Shown piece by piece: positions 44,906-56,081 of a stretch of DNA of 64,000 nt. Numbering within the stretch: the stretch's first letter is position 1; the number at the start of each line of letters is the position of its first letter. The notes under the pieces were generated by a model, which was not told where the DNA came from, made no database searches, and saw only the letters and a program-made list of their open reading frames with translations. The translations under genes were made by a program, and so were the position numbers. Source of the DNA: Tetramitus jugosus (taxonomy: Eukaryota; Protista; Heterolobosea); the NCBI GenBank assembly GCA_937625935.1, contig OW569381.1:387270-451269 (forward strand). The letters run 5' to 3'.

Positions 44906-47014
44906 TTAGAGATTGCTTGGATGAGATCGCATCACACTCACCACATCCTTGTCTTTGTCTTGCAACAATTGATTCACCATCTCTTGAGCCCAATCTATCA
45001 GAAATAGGTTGTTATCTCTCACGAAGCGAGCCACACCAAGTCTAATGTTTGGTACTTTGTCTGCGACTAGTGTGTTCAACTCTGGGACAAACTCTGTTAT
45101 GAAAAAGTCTGTTGGGATGTCACGGTAGAGAGAAGAGCAAGCATAAATAAAGGCTAAGCGACGGTGGTGTGCTCCTCTGGCCATGGAGTGAAGGAAGGAT
45201 AGGAATTCCTCTCTTGCTTCCTTGCGTTCCTCTTCGTCATCTGTGCGATAGTAGGGATTCTCTTCGACATCATCGGAATTTGGAGTCGGTATAGAGTCAA
45301 TAACAGCAGCGCTTGTGGTCACTGGAGGCAAGAGTCGCTTAAGGAGCAGACCTGCACTTAACACTGCTTGCTTTCTGACGCAGGCGAATTGATCATCATA
45401 AGATGATTGTGCTGGCTTCAGTATGACATGCCTCACGCATTGGACTGAGACGAGCATGGCCATTTCACCTAATTGTTCGCTGATGCGAGCTCTTATTCTC
45501 CAATTGTCGGTTTCTTCTGGCAGCAGACATATCAGTGGTACATATTGTTCACGCTTAGCAAGGGAAAGATTGCTCAAAAAGATGGAAACATTGGAAATGA
45601 CACCAATCTTCACTTCATCCAAATCTCTCAAGAACAACTCGAATGCACTCGATAGAACACGCTCACTGATTTCGCGTCCCACAATTCTTGCAATCTCGTG
45701 CAATGAGCAGGCCAATGACCTTCTCACCTTCCATTGCACATCCTTGACCAAGTGTTGATATGCCTTCTCGAGATTGGAACTGGCAAACTTTTCAGGACCA
45801 CAAGTGTACACAACAGCAGGGAAGTTGTAAGCACAGTACTCTACCAAGTCACTCTCGCTCTGAGAATCATGATCATTCACAAATGCCATATCACTAAAGT
45901 AGTTGATGAGTGAGTCAGGAACGTTGGCTCTTCTCTTTTCCTGAGGAATGTCATCATTCTCAGAATTGTCTCTAAAGGACAGAATGAACGCGCCCAGATT
46001 CTTGTAGCTCTCCATCTTGACCCACCTGCTCACATCTTCAGTAAATCGTTCAAACAGTTCGACAAGGGACTTTTCACGCACATCCTCCGAACAGCACTGA
46101 GACACCTTTGGTAAGCTTTCGGCACAAGCCTTTCTCACACCCCAGATATCATCTCTACTCAGTGTGAGAAACACTGGAATCAACTTTGAGTCAGTCTCTT
46201 CCACACCAATCTCATAACAAATGTTGCCCAAGTTTTGAGCCACAGTCTTCCGCACCAACAAGCTCGGATCCTCACTCAATGAGATAATCTCCTGAACTAC
46301 AATATTGGTGCACAGTTCTCTGCCAAAAACAGGTGCCAATTCATTAAATAATTTTGCTGCAGCAATCCTGTACTCTTCCACTCTTTCATCATGAGCCAAA
46401 TTGACAATGACACTCAATAGTTGAGGATCGACGTGTTCGGCCTTGATGTGCTGCGAGATTTTATTGAGGGCTTCAATCGCCGACTGTCCCACCTCTACAC
46501 TCTTGTCAATAATCAATTCGAAAGCATAGGGAATGAATGTGTTGATGAGTTCACTGTAACCATCTTCATCCATCTTTGATTCATCTCTCTCCAATTGACC
46601 ATACAAGTCCTTGTCATCACCACTACCACCACCACTACTCTCATCCATTTGATCGACATCAATACCCTTTGCTTGATTAAAAACAGGTTTTTGAGCCTTT
46701 TTTGGTAGAGTGTCCAAGTGCTCATTGTATAGGAAGAAGAGAGCGAGTTGATGAAGTTGATCAGCAAACACTTGTCGCACCACTGGTTCCGTATCGCTCA
46801 CAAAATGAGTCAATAGTGGCAATAATCGTTTTTTGGCCTCTTCGTGACCTGCTTCACGTGCTGTATCAAAAATATCACGCACCAACACTAGTCTTTGCAA
46901 GGAAAAATCAGAGTTGTAATATTTTTCGAGTCGAGACAGTGAGTCGAGAGAGTCATCAATGGTGTATTCGTTAAATATGAAATCACCATCGTCGTATTCG
47001 TCTTCGTCATACAT
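44906..47014 (-). CDS. HEAT-repeat protein phosphatase 4 regulatory subunit 1-like
   Basis: WGVRKACAE, DVSRWV, YCAYNFPAV, DVQWKVRRSLACSLHEIA and DKVPNIR. Confidence 0.85.
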   Translation of the reverse strand: MYDEDEYDDGDFIFNEYTIDDSLDSLSRLEKYYNSDFSLQRLVLVRDIFDTAREAGHEEAKKRLLPLLTHFVSDTEPVVRQVFADQLHQLALFFLYNEHLDTLPKKAQKPVFNQAKGIDVDQMDESSGGGSGDDKDLYGQLERDESKMDEDGYSELINTFIPYAFELIIDKSVEVGQSAIEALNKISQHIKAEHVDPQLLSVIVNLAHDERVEEYRIAAAKLFNELAPVFGRELCTNIVVQEIISLSEDPSLLVRKTVAQNLGNICYEIGVEETDSKLIPVFLTLSRDDIWGVRKACAESLPKVSQCCSEDVREKSLVELFERFTEDVSRWVKMESYKNLGAFILSFRDNSENDDIPQEKRRANVPDSLINYFSDMAFVNDHDSQSESDLVEYCAYNFPAVVYTCGPEKFASSNLEKAYQHLVKDVQWKVRRSLACSLHEIARIVGREISERVLSSAFELFLRDLDEVKIGVISNVSIFLSNLSLAKREQYVPLICLLPEETDNWRIRARISEQLGEMAMLVSVQCVRHVILKPAQSSYDDQFACVRKQAVLSAGLLLKRLLPPVTTSAAVIDSIPTPNSDDVEENPYYRTDDEEERKEAREEFLSFLHSMARGAHHRRLAFIYACSSLYRDIPTDFFITEFVPELNTLVADKVPNIRLGVARFVRDNNLFLIDWAQEMVNQLLQDKDKDVVSVMRSHPSNL

Positions 47015-47228
47015 GTTTGTTGTTTGTTTGTGTTGTGTTGTGTGTGAGTGTTGTGTGAATTCAAAGATGTGTTTGTTGTTGTTGTTTGGCTGGGGGTGGA
47101 TTGGGGGACCTCAATACTGCTGTTTGCTTTACAAAGAAGGAGAACAACAATTCTCCGCAAGTTCTGTTTTAGGTTGACTGCGATTGAAAAAATAGGGCAA
47201 ATATTCAAAATCAGCAGGATGAATATCT

Positions 47229-47300
47229 GGCTTAATAGCACAGCGGTAGTGCACCAGTCTTGTAAACTGGGGGTCCCGAGTTCGATTCTCGGTTGAGCCT
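47229..47300 (+). tRNA. tRNA-Thr (anticodon TGT)
   Basis: Acceptor stem GGCTTAA/TTGAGCC, D-arm GCAC/GTGC, anticodon arm CCAGT-CTTGTAA-ACTGG, T-arm CCGAG-TTCGATT-CTCGG, and a TTTT terminator just downstream. Confidence 0.93.
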
Positions 47301-47358
47301 ACTTTTGCGATCGACAGATTCTTGGGAACTCGATCAATAACAAACATCCTTTCGAACT

Positions 47359-48685
47359 TTATTGCCAATAACAAGTTGCGTTGCATCTTTCGTTCGACCA
47401 ATAGGTGATTGGACATGCAAATGTGTTATTCATAAGGTTGCAAGCATACATCATAGGAGGGGATGGAATATTGGGAATACCACCCAAATTGTTGTTACTC
47501 AAATCCAATACCTGAAGGGAGTATGAATAACCGATTGTGGCTGGAATACTTCCGTACAAGTAATTATTTGACATATTCAAGTATCTTAAACTTGGAAGAG
47601 AACCAATCTCATCAAGGATATAGTCCTGCAATCCATTGTTTGACAAGTCTAAAACTTCCAAGTATGGGAGTCGACTAAAGATGTGTGGAATTCGTGAAAT
47701 TTTTTCTCCAGATATCCTAAGGGTCTTCAACATGAAACACACTCCAAGACCTTCTGGAAGGTAGGTAGATTCGAACTTGTTATCTCTAATCTCTAGAGTG
47801 GTCAAATTTCTCATGAAATCAAAGTATGGAAATGCACCTTGGAATCTGTTACCAACAATGACCAAGCTCCTCAAATTTGACAGATATTGGAAGGAATCTG
47901 GCAGAAAACCAGAGACCACTTTCAATAATGGAGAGAACTTCCAATGAACTTGGTAGATAGGGAGGTAGCGAACCATGTAAGAAAAGATAGGAAATGTTGA
48001 GCTCTTTCAAACTAAAAAGGTTGACAAGTTGCTCTGGAAGTACTCCATCGATCAAGTTGACAGCCACATTCAGCGAGGTCAGATTGGAAAGCATGACAAT
48101 GGAGGATGGAATATGTCCAGAGATCAAGTTTTCAGACAAATTCAACTCGGTCAACAGTGTAGCATTACCCACATTACTTGGGATTTCACCACGGATTCTG
48201 TTTCCTCTCAAATCCAACTTTTCCAAGGTTGTTAGGGAGAAGAGAGAGAATGGAATATCTTGTGTTGTTCCCAGATACCAGAGATTGTGGAGTTAGTTGA
48301 GATTGTCAGTGACTACACGGACACGAGCATTGAAAAACAAACACATCAATCAAGAGACAAGTACCAGCTACATACAACCAGACAAATTATTTTCAGCCAA
48401 GAACAATGAGACGAGTTGAGTGTTGTTGTAGGTAGAGTCTAGTCTACAAGATACACCAAACCATGAGCAATAGTCATCCTTGACTAACCAACCAGAAGAG
48501 TGAACCCAATTTTTACCATTGGTTGCGTTAAAGAGCTCCCCCAAAGCTCTGTAGACTTCATGGCTGTAGTGGTGGTGCTGTTGAGGGTGTACAAACCAGT
48601 TTTGGAAGGAGAAACCTTGGCAAATATGACTCATCGTAAGAAAGAGAACAATGCCGCATAAGACGGCGCCCATAAGCTTTGACAT
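47359..48685 (-). pseudogene. Secreted plant-type LRR protein (LRRNT cap), one intron, frameshift near 47912
   Basis: Signal peptide, W...GW...CSWFGVSC cap and LxLSxNxLxGxIP repeats. The frame switches at ESGL|SGFLP, an apparent 2-nt loss in a CT repeat, which could be an assembly error. Confidence 0.75.
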
Positions 48686-48904
48686 GATGCTAGTGTGAAG
48701 AAGTACAACTGTTGTTTATGTGGATATTTTGTTCTCTTCACTGTGTTACAGCGGGATTATTGATAGATGTTGACAAAACCTCCTCCGCTTGTGCTTACTC
48801 CTTCCAGTACTTTATTGTTCATCTAATCTTACACAAGTATTTACAATGGTGGAAAGAGTAACACTAGGTCTCCTGATAACGAGAAAACCACCACGATATG
48901 GTAC

Positions 48905-49320
48905 TTATTTGTTAGTGACAGGACCTGTTGTTGTGGTCGTAGTAACAATGCAACCTCCTTTGGGTGCTTGACCACCTCCTGGTACAAACTGACCTCCGGA
49001 ATAGTGTGCAGTCTGTGTATTCTGTGATGTTGTTGTTGCCTTTGGCATGTTTTCTTCGTTTTTGATCTTCAAATCATTCTTCACAAAGGCAACAGCCAAA
49101 AGGTTTTCACACGATCTAATGAGATTCTTTTCCTTGTGATCGGTACTAGTTCAATCCACGATAATAGAAAGATTCTTTTCCAGGTGCGACTGAACAAACT
49201 AATCTGCTGTAGCTGGGTGAAACTGATGTCATTTCGCAAAGACAACAACAAGTAGAATCTTGATAATTCTACCACACCTCTTCGATTGTTCAGGAGTCAA
49301 CCTAGGAGGTAATTGGTAGT
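48905..49320 (-). pseudogene. Decayed coding fragment ending in a YSGGQFVPGGGQAPKGG motif
   Basis: Overlapping short ORFs in different frames (49081-49275 and 48905-49099). Confidence 0.35.
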
Positions 49321-49546
49321 GTTTTTTCATAATTACTTTGCACCGAACCACTGCTAGTCAACGGGAGTGAAGCATTTAGCAATTCTCTGATCGGAAACCC
49401 ATATAGGGCGCTAATTCTCCTTCTCTTGATACAATGTATGGTCTGTCCTCGATACAATCATTCTAGACAAATTCAGGAACAAGATAGATATCAAACTCAC
49501 AATAGTTCTATTGATCTGTTGGGTTAGGTGAAATGAAACTTGTGAT

Positions 49547-50142
49547 TGAATTCAAGTACAATCTCAATTGCTTACACGTGGAACAAAAACGATTCAAATC
49601 GATTCCATCAGAACGGATGGTATCCAAGCCTGTTTGGTGTTTACAAGGACAAAGCTGAAGCAGACAGAAGAGGAGCCTTTAAAGAACAAGAAGAAAGCAA
49701 CAATGCAGCATACTTGATTGGAGTCGATTGTTACCTTGCTGTCATGCTCTGACTCAGCTGTGACGACATGAAGCAGGAGTTCCAACAAAACGGTGAGTCA
49801 CCACAGGAAGAACATCAAACGACTATTACTATGCAAGAACGTATGGAGAATAGCAAGCCATTGGACGATCTACACAACTCGATCAAGCAAGGCAGTGTCT
49901 CAACAAGTAAATTGGATCCGAGAAGTTGAACAGTGCAGTGCACACCCAGTGGGTGTTTTGTGACGTAAATGCAGCCAAGAACATGGCCCATCTCCTGAGA
50001 ACAGAAATCCGAGGTCAAGTGCGCCCAGATGCTCTTCGAAGGAAGTCAAAGGTGGTAAAACAATTAAACAAACTGGAGACTCACATCTGCTCAAGGCATC
50101 AAGCACTGTGCGGCGTTAAGGTGATATCATAATTAATTATGA
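49547..50142 (+). pseudogene. Decayed second Fanzor copy (C-terminal half plus omegaRNA remnant)
   Basis: Collinear blocks GTKTIQIDSIRTDGIQA, AYLIGVD/IVTLLSCSDS, HRKNIKRLL, LDDLHNSIKQGSVSTS and DVNAAKNMAHLLRTEIRGQVRPDA match 4590-5600. It ends with GCGTTAAGGTG..ATCATAATT. Confidence 0.9.
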
Positions 50143-50221
50143 CATGAAAGAAATTCATTGATAAGGACCACTCGAGCCAAATGATCTGCTATGACAAATC
50201 TCCAATACATACAGACCAGAA

Positions 50222-52090
50222 TTAATGTGATGGCTTGCAATTTGCTTGTTCAATGACATGAGTGAGATTGAAAAGAGCACTAAATTCCTTGATTTTCAAT
50301 TTCTCATCAAAAATGAACCAATTCAGCACGCTGTACTGCACTAGACATCCCTTTTTGGTAAATTGAGATATAATCTTTGAAAATCCAGCATATTGCTCAT
50401 TAACCTCAATCTTGCTTGTTACCGTTTCAGTAATGTTCACTAACGTATGGAAGAATGTGTCAAAGTTTGAGATGATATTCTTTCTACCTCGCACTGAAGA
50501 GCTACCTATGGGAATATTGGCCACGGATTGCTCAGCGAAAAGTGGATCCAAAATTGAGATATCTCTATTGATCTGACCTGTTTGAAAGAGATGAACAATT
50601 CTCATCATTTCGCTCTCCTTTGAAGTGCTCTTTGATGTAATCTTCTTCTTCTTTGTCTTTGATCCAATACTCTGTTTAAACTTGAAAAAGTTTGAAGGGT
50701 CATACTTTTGTTTGATGTTCACTAATGTTTCATAATGACTTCCATAATATGCTTCTTTCCAATCTGGAAGATCAGAATCAATGTAGTTCAAGTAGGCTCC
50801 ATCGAAATGAGGTTGCATTTCAGCGTAGAATGTATCTAACCACTTCTTATTCACTGAATAGTCGTCCTGGGAATCAAATATGGCCTTAATTTCGAGAACA
50901 AACTCTGCATTTCTTCTGTAGAAGGCAGTAGATTCAGTATCAATTTCATTAACTCTTCCACCAACATGTGACCAGATCAGCATGGAAGATTTCGAGGGAC
51001 GGGAAGTCATGTATGAATAAAAAGTGGATACTAATTGCTTGTTGAGTCCTCCCTTATTCACCAAACCAGACTTAACCAGACCCAATCTATTCTTAATGTC
51101 AGTCGTACCGCTTGAAAATCCATTAATAAATGTGATAAAACTTTGTTCCTTGTTGAATATGACTTGTCCTCCGAAAGACAAGAATGGCTGGAAAAGTTCA
51201 AATCCCTTGGCATAGGCACCATTGTAAACAAACGTCAAACAAAAACTGTCCTCATTTGTATGAGGCACCTGGAAGAATAATCCATAGACAGCCATCTCAT
51301 TTGGCACAGATTGAGTCCATGAATTATAAAAATCGATGACTCTCAATGATTCTTCAAAACTCCAACAAATCTCTGCAGTGAAAATATTTCGAGCTCTATA
51401 TGTTTGCGCAATGATCGAAACAACAACACCAAAGTTACCACCTCCACCACCTCGCAAAGCCCAGTACAAATCTGGATAGCTTTGATTATTCACAATCAAA
51501 TAATCGCCAAAGGAATTAACCATTCTAAACTCAATGACACTATCGCTTCCCAAACCATAAGAACGACTCAACATACTGTATCCACCTCCTAGCATGAATC
51601 CCATGACTCCAACATGTGGACATGTTCCAGCTACAGGAATAAAAGGACTGAGACGTGGATAAACATCCATCCATTGCAGTCCCGCTTCAATATAAGCAAG
51701 TCCCTTCTCCTCATCCATCATGTAGGTATTATTGAAGAATCTCATATCCAAAACAATATCCGAATTCAAACAGTATCCTCTTGCAGAATGACCTCCACCC
51801 TTCACAGAAAAGTTCGTATTGTACTTTTGAGAAAATCGAATCGTCTCTTGAATATCTGAAATGGTCCATGGTAAAACAATTGCTCTGGGTTCAATCTGAT
51901 AAGAGCCATTGTCAATATAAATGGATTGATTGTACAAATGTTGTCGCAATGAGTTTGGTTTTTCATGACTGGACAGAACATAGCCTTTGATACGAGATTG
52001 CAGGTCCTCCAGTGGAAATGAGCTGGTTACATGTAAGGCACACAAAACAAGTACTATTCCAATAATGAAAACATGTCTTGACATTTTCAT
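50222..52090 (-). CDS. Secreted berberine-bridge-enzyme-like FAD oxidase with C-terminal SnoaL/NTF2-like domain
   Basis: Signal peptide, KGGGHS, GGGYSMLSRSYGLGSD, DLYWALRGGGGGNFGVV and the BBE end AYLNY...KQKYDPSNFF, then LDPLFAEQSV...VRGRKNI. Confidence 0.85.
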   Translation of the reverse strand: MKMSRHVFIIGIVLVLCALHVTSSFPLEDLQSRIKGYVLSSHEKPNSLRQHLYNQSIYIDNGSYQIEPRAIVLPWTISDIQETIRFSQKYNTNFSVKGGGHSARGYCLNSDIVLDMRFFNNTYMMDEEKGLAYIEAGLQWMDVYPRLSPFIPVAGTCPHVGVMGFMLGGGYSMLSRSYGLGSDSVIEFRMVNSFGDYLIVNNQSYPDLYWALRGGGGGNFGVVVSIIAQTYRARNIFTAEICWSFEESLRVIDFYNSWTQSVPNEMAVYGLFFQVPHTNEDSFCLTFVYNGAYAKGFELFQPFLSFGGQVIFNKEQSFITFINGFSSGTTDIKNRLGLVKSGLVNKGGLNKQLVSTFYSYMTSRPSKSSMLIWSHVGGRVNEIDTESTAFYRRNAEFVLEIKAIFDSQDDYSVNKKWLDTFYAEMQPHFDGAYLNYIDSDLPDWKEAYYGSHYETLVNIKQKYDPSNFFKFKQSIGSKTKKKKITSKSTSKESEMMRIVHLFQTGQINRDISILDPLFAEQSVANIPIGSSSVRGRKNIISNFDTFFHTLVNITETVTSKIEVNEQYAGFSKIISQFTKKGCLVQYSVLNWFIFDEKLKIKEFSALFNLTHVIEQANCKPSH

Positions 52091-52249
52091 TTGCTTTTGT
52101 TTTCTGAAAAGCCTCTGGAGCTCAAAAACCACCACAAATCACTTGGATTCATTCACTTGGCTTCCAACTCGAGCGGAACACCGGAGATTATTTCCCCGTT
52201 TGGTCGGCCAGATACAATGACCCTAAACAAATCTTATAAATTGTAGGTT

Positions 52250-53214
52250 TTATTTTTCTGGTGGAACGTTCACTGACATCAACACACTATCTGGTATCAC
52301 CTCTGGCATCACCTTCTCTGTCATTCTCCATGTTCTCGAGTATGACTTGATCTGTGAGTTAGTTTGTGATTTGCTGTGATGAGCCAAAACGTCCCGATAG
52401 ATTGGTGGTTCCACGTCTGTGACATTTCTGCTTATCCATTGCAAAAATTTGTCCTCCAGTGTACCTGGTCTCCAAAAGAAGCTGAATCTCATGTCAAAAT
52501 TGTTCTGGCAGAGCACCTTGGTTGAAAAGGCAAAACCAGCCATATCAATTCTGTAGGTTCTGCTCGGCATGAAAATACTGTTCCAATCCACAATCTTTCC
52601 CCTTTCATTCCAAATAGGAGATTCATAACCATCAAAGTTGCTTGGAATGAGACCTACCGGGAAAATGGAAAATCTCTTGACTGCTCTCAGGGAATCAAAC
52701 AACCTCAAATCGAATGAGTTATCATCGTCACCAAGTAGATGATACCTGCGTTTTCATTGTCATCACTATCACATGCATTCTCTGTGTTCAATAGTTCTTC
52801 TAAATAATTGAGAGCCATATTTCTCTGTACAACTCCTCTGTGACCCCTATTGTTATGACTGTAGCGCACTGCCAAATGAACAAATGGAATACCAGTCGAC
52901 TCCAAATATTCTCTCAGGTACTGTGACGGAGCGTTTGCATCCTCAACGACCAACCACAGTAAATTCTCGATTGAATGCAACGTGTTGGCCAATCGAAGCA
53001 TATCAACTCTCTGATTCAACCGATCATAGGTCGGAGTGATAAAGTATATACGCTTGAGTTTCTTGCTAACATCAGGGTTGTGAAGGTTCCTTCCAACCAC
53101 ATCCTTTAACAGAGGGGATGGTTGTTGATACAAATTCCTGCTTGAAAAAGTCCAAAAATTCAATAGAGCAAGGACAATGCAGAAGGCAATGAGAGGGTAT
53201 AGTCTCAATTTCAT
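52250..53214 (-). pseudogene. GT43 glucuronosyltransferase (B3GAT-like), frameshift near 52734
   Basis: ITPTY, LLWLVVED, RGVVQRNMAL and IDMAGFA. Restoring one T gives the canonical YFGDDDNSFDLRLF. Confidence 0.85.
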
Positions 53215-53349
53215 TTGTTGTTTTCTTGTTCCGACTGCGTCTTCGCATCTCACACGTGCGAATTTACCCAAGGTATTGAGAGCTAACATTTTTTGAAGTG
53301 CGACATGTTCTTCCCATTCTTTTTAAAAGTTTTGTGACGACAAGATAAA

Positions 53350-54936
53350 ATGATTACCCCAAAGGACCTTGCATTCTTTGGTCTTGGACTCCTTGTGTCC
53401 ATGCTATTTTTCAGCGCCCACAGAACTCTCCTCCGGTCAAACAACCAGCACTCGCCTCCAACTCTGTTGCACCGACCACCACCATATGATCACAGACGAG
53501 CGCTCAGAAACCTGATATCAAGGCATGAGCCAAACATGACAATTCTTTTTCTAAAGCAAAAACAATTTGAAGAAAGGGAACTCGAGAGGATTCCCAATGA
53601 CTATTGCAAGTTTGGAATGACATTTCTCATGAATACGAGAAAGGACTTTCCATTATTGACCATTTCATTCACTCGGCCTTCACTCACACAATATTACTAT
53701 TGTGTTTGTCCAAAGAGTAACACTAATTACAATGGCCAGAACTGTCATCGGAAAGAACGATACTCACAATTGGAGTTTTCTGTTGGTGCTTACAGGAACA
53801 AAAAAGTGAGCATTTCAGGGGAGTTGAAGGAACTTGTGGATAGGTATCGAGTAGTTAGTGAACAAGGAACAATGATCGTTCCGTCTGATGCAGTTGATGA
53901 CTCTTTGGATCCTTCCTGGGTCAGTGCACTCAAGGCGCACAACAACATTGATCAATTCTTTTTGGACATGTCATTCAAGTATGCTCCATGGTTGCACGAA
54001 GATACTATCATGTTGTCGAGGCTTCTTGACTTCAATCAAAAGAAATTCATAGAGGGAAACGGAACCTTTCCAACTTCATGGCTTACATTGAATGCGAGCA
54101 GTGATGGAACCACGGACACAACAATCAACCAAAACAAACTGCTGTTTGTTTTTACGTTGAAATCAGAATCTGGCTTGAATTCTTTGAAGGAGTTAATTAA
54201 ATCCACCTATTCCGCAAGTCATTACTTTGTCATTAATGTGAACAAGGAATTGGGTATGAATATGTGGTCCGATATACAGACTTTTGTGGCTGACAAAGTT
54301 ATTGGCTCGACAACAAACAAAAACATTGAACTTGTTCCGTTTGATTGGGCAGTGAATAGCCGGAGTGTGTTAATTAACCAATTATACATGGAGATGTTGG
54401 CAGTTTTACATGCGTATCAGAAAAAGTTTGTTGATTGGGCAAACATGATTCACTTGTCCGAGAATCATGTAATGGTGAAGCCTGTAGTCGAACTGGTAAC
54501 CTATTTGAACTCCTTTGACCAAGATCACCAGTTTCATCGCATTCATAAATCTATGAAGGTTGAGAAGTCTATCACTTTGTGTTATCATGGTTCATGTCAA
54601 ACCTTACCGGCCGGTTCCAAAGACACCAGCAAGACTGAAATCGCTGATTCATCCATGTATCATATTTCATCCAACAAGTTTTATCGAACATTGCTCAGCA
54701 GTCGAACAGCAATTGAATTGTTGATAGAGCACAGAAGAGTGACATTATCGAACTCATTCATGCCAACTGTGTTGTCTACTCTTCAAAACATGACCCAAGT
54801 CGATGTTGTGGACGGAAAAGCTATTCCCGTGCCCCAGTTCAAGAATCACCCAGATTATCATGATCTGATATGGGCAGACTTAAACAAAGAAACTCCAAAG
54901 CATATGTTCTTTTCTTACAAACCAAATAAATCTTAA
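53350..54936 (+). CDS. Type II membrane protein with EGF-like module and divergent GT14 (core-2/xylosyltransferase)-like domain
   Basis: N-terminal TM, CVCP...YNGQNC, then LLFVFTL...LIKSTYSASHYFVINVNK and WANMIHLSENHVMVKP, which resemble GT14 motifs. Several canonical residues differ. Confidence 0.55.
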   Translation: MITPKDLAFFGLGLLVSMLFFSAHRTLLRSNNQHSPPTLLHRPPPYDHRRALRNLISRHEPNMTILFLKQKQFEERELERIPNDYCKFGMTFLMNTRKDFPLLTISFTRPSLTQYYYCVCPKSNTNYNGQNCHRKERYSQLEFSVGAYRNKKVSISGELKELVDRYRVVSEQGTMIVPSDAVDDSLDPSWVSALKAHNNIDQFFLDMSFKYAPWLHEDTIMLSRLLDFNQKKFIEGNGTFPTSWLTLNASSDGTTDTTINQNKLLFVFTLKSESGLNSLKELIKSTYSASHYFVINVNKELGMNMWSDIQTFVADKVIGSTTNKNIELVPFDWAVNSRSVLINQLYMEMLAVLHAYQKKFVDWANMIHLSENHVMVKPVVELVTYLNSFDQDHQFHRIHKSMKVEKSITLCYHGSCQTLPAGSKDTSKTEIADSSMYHISSNKFYRTLLSSRTAIELLIEHRRVTLSNSFMPTVLSTLQNMTQVDVVDGKAIPVPQFKNHPDYHDLIWADLNKETPKHMFFSYKPNKS

Positions 54937-55298
54937 GATCCAGATATTCTTTGTTGAAATATATTGAAGGACAGGCGACTTTCTTTTATGTTCTTAGCTA
55001 TGTGTAATATTTTTTGGTCGGAAAGGCAATTAAAGTTCGTGTTTTCCCACGTCGCTTTTTGCCGGAACTGTTTAAATTTCAATGTCTGACCTGAAAGGTT
55101 GGGAGTGGCTAACAGAATTTTACAAGTGGTATCGATGGGACTGGTTGAGTAGACCTCACGAAGCTGCCCCGAAGCCAAACAATGTGTGATTCGAGGAACT
55201 GCCCATGATTTCTTGCCCACTGGTTTTCCTCACTGGTTTCTCAGATTTGGCAGGGACGCCATAGAACCTCTTACAATTTGTTAAATTCCATGACTTGC

Positions 55299-55877
55299 TC
55301 ATCGAATCTTGAGCTCGGGTCCGTACAATGTCAACGCATAGAGAAAGTCTTGATCACCTCCATGAGTGTTGGAATGAGTTCCATCAGGATCAGGGAACAA
55401 CATGTATCCTGAAATGATGATCAAACAGGTCTTAAGATGAATCCCCATCAAAGTCAGTTCGACATCTGTCACCGTTGCTCCACACACACCAGCTAACAAG
55501 ATCATCAAACTCATCTTGATATGATTAGAATACTGTTTCCGTCCCGAAATGTATCCGGATGCACAGCATTTTGGAAAGTTGATAAACGCCCACCGAATTG
55601 GTCAATAAACTCAAATTCATGGAAACAATGGACGCTGTGTTGAGAAACGCAATCGGCAACACTTCCTGTATTGGAAGATCACTCTCCACAAGTGGACAGA
55701 GACCGACGTAGCCATGAAATGAATGGCAGTGAGGAGCATGACGAACTGAAAGCCCGCAGCATTATCGATTTGTTTACAGCAATTATGAGTACTGCAGACA
55801 ATGTTCTTTGCGCATAGAAGAAGCGAATCCTCTTTGTTCTGTGTTTCTCTTGTTGAATCTGTTGTAGTGCTTATCAT
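55299..55877 (-). pseudogene. Nucleotide-sugar transporter (SLC35/UXT-like) remnant
   Basis: GFQFVMLLTAIHFMATS and HLKTCLIIISGYMLF sit in separate frames with stops between them. Confidence 0.55.
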
Positions 55878-56081
55878 TTACTCATGTTCGTATGAGCCGC
55901 CCGCTGTGACAAGCGACGGATTATTATCCAGTGATATTCATGTAGATGGACCGGACTAACAACTTCGTGTGTTTGGAGACAAGGACGCTTTTGTCACATT
56001 GGCTTGTCCGAATTGTTCGCGCTTTACCAGAAACGAACCTGCCCGTCCAGGGCAAAATTTCTCACACACGGCCAGCGAAAT

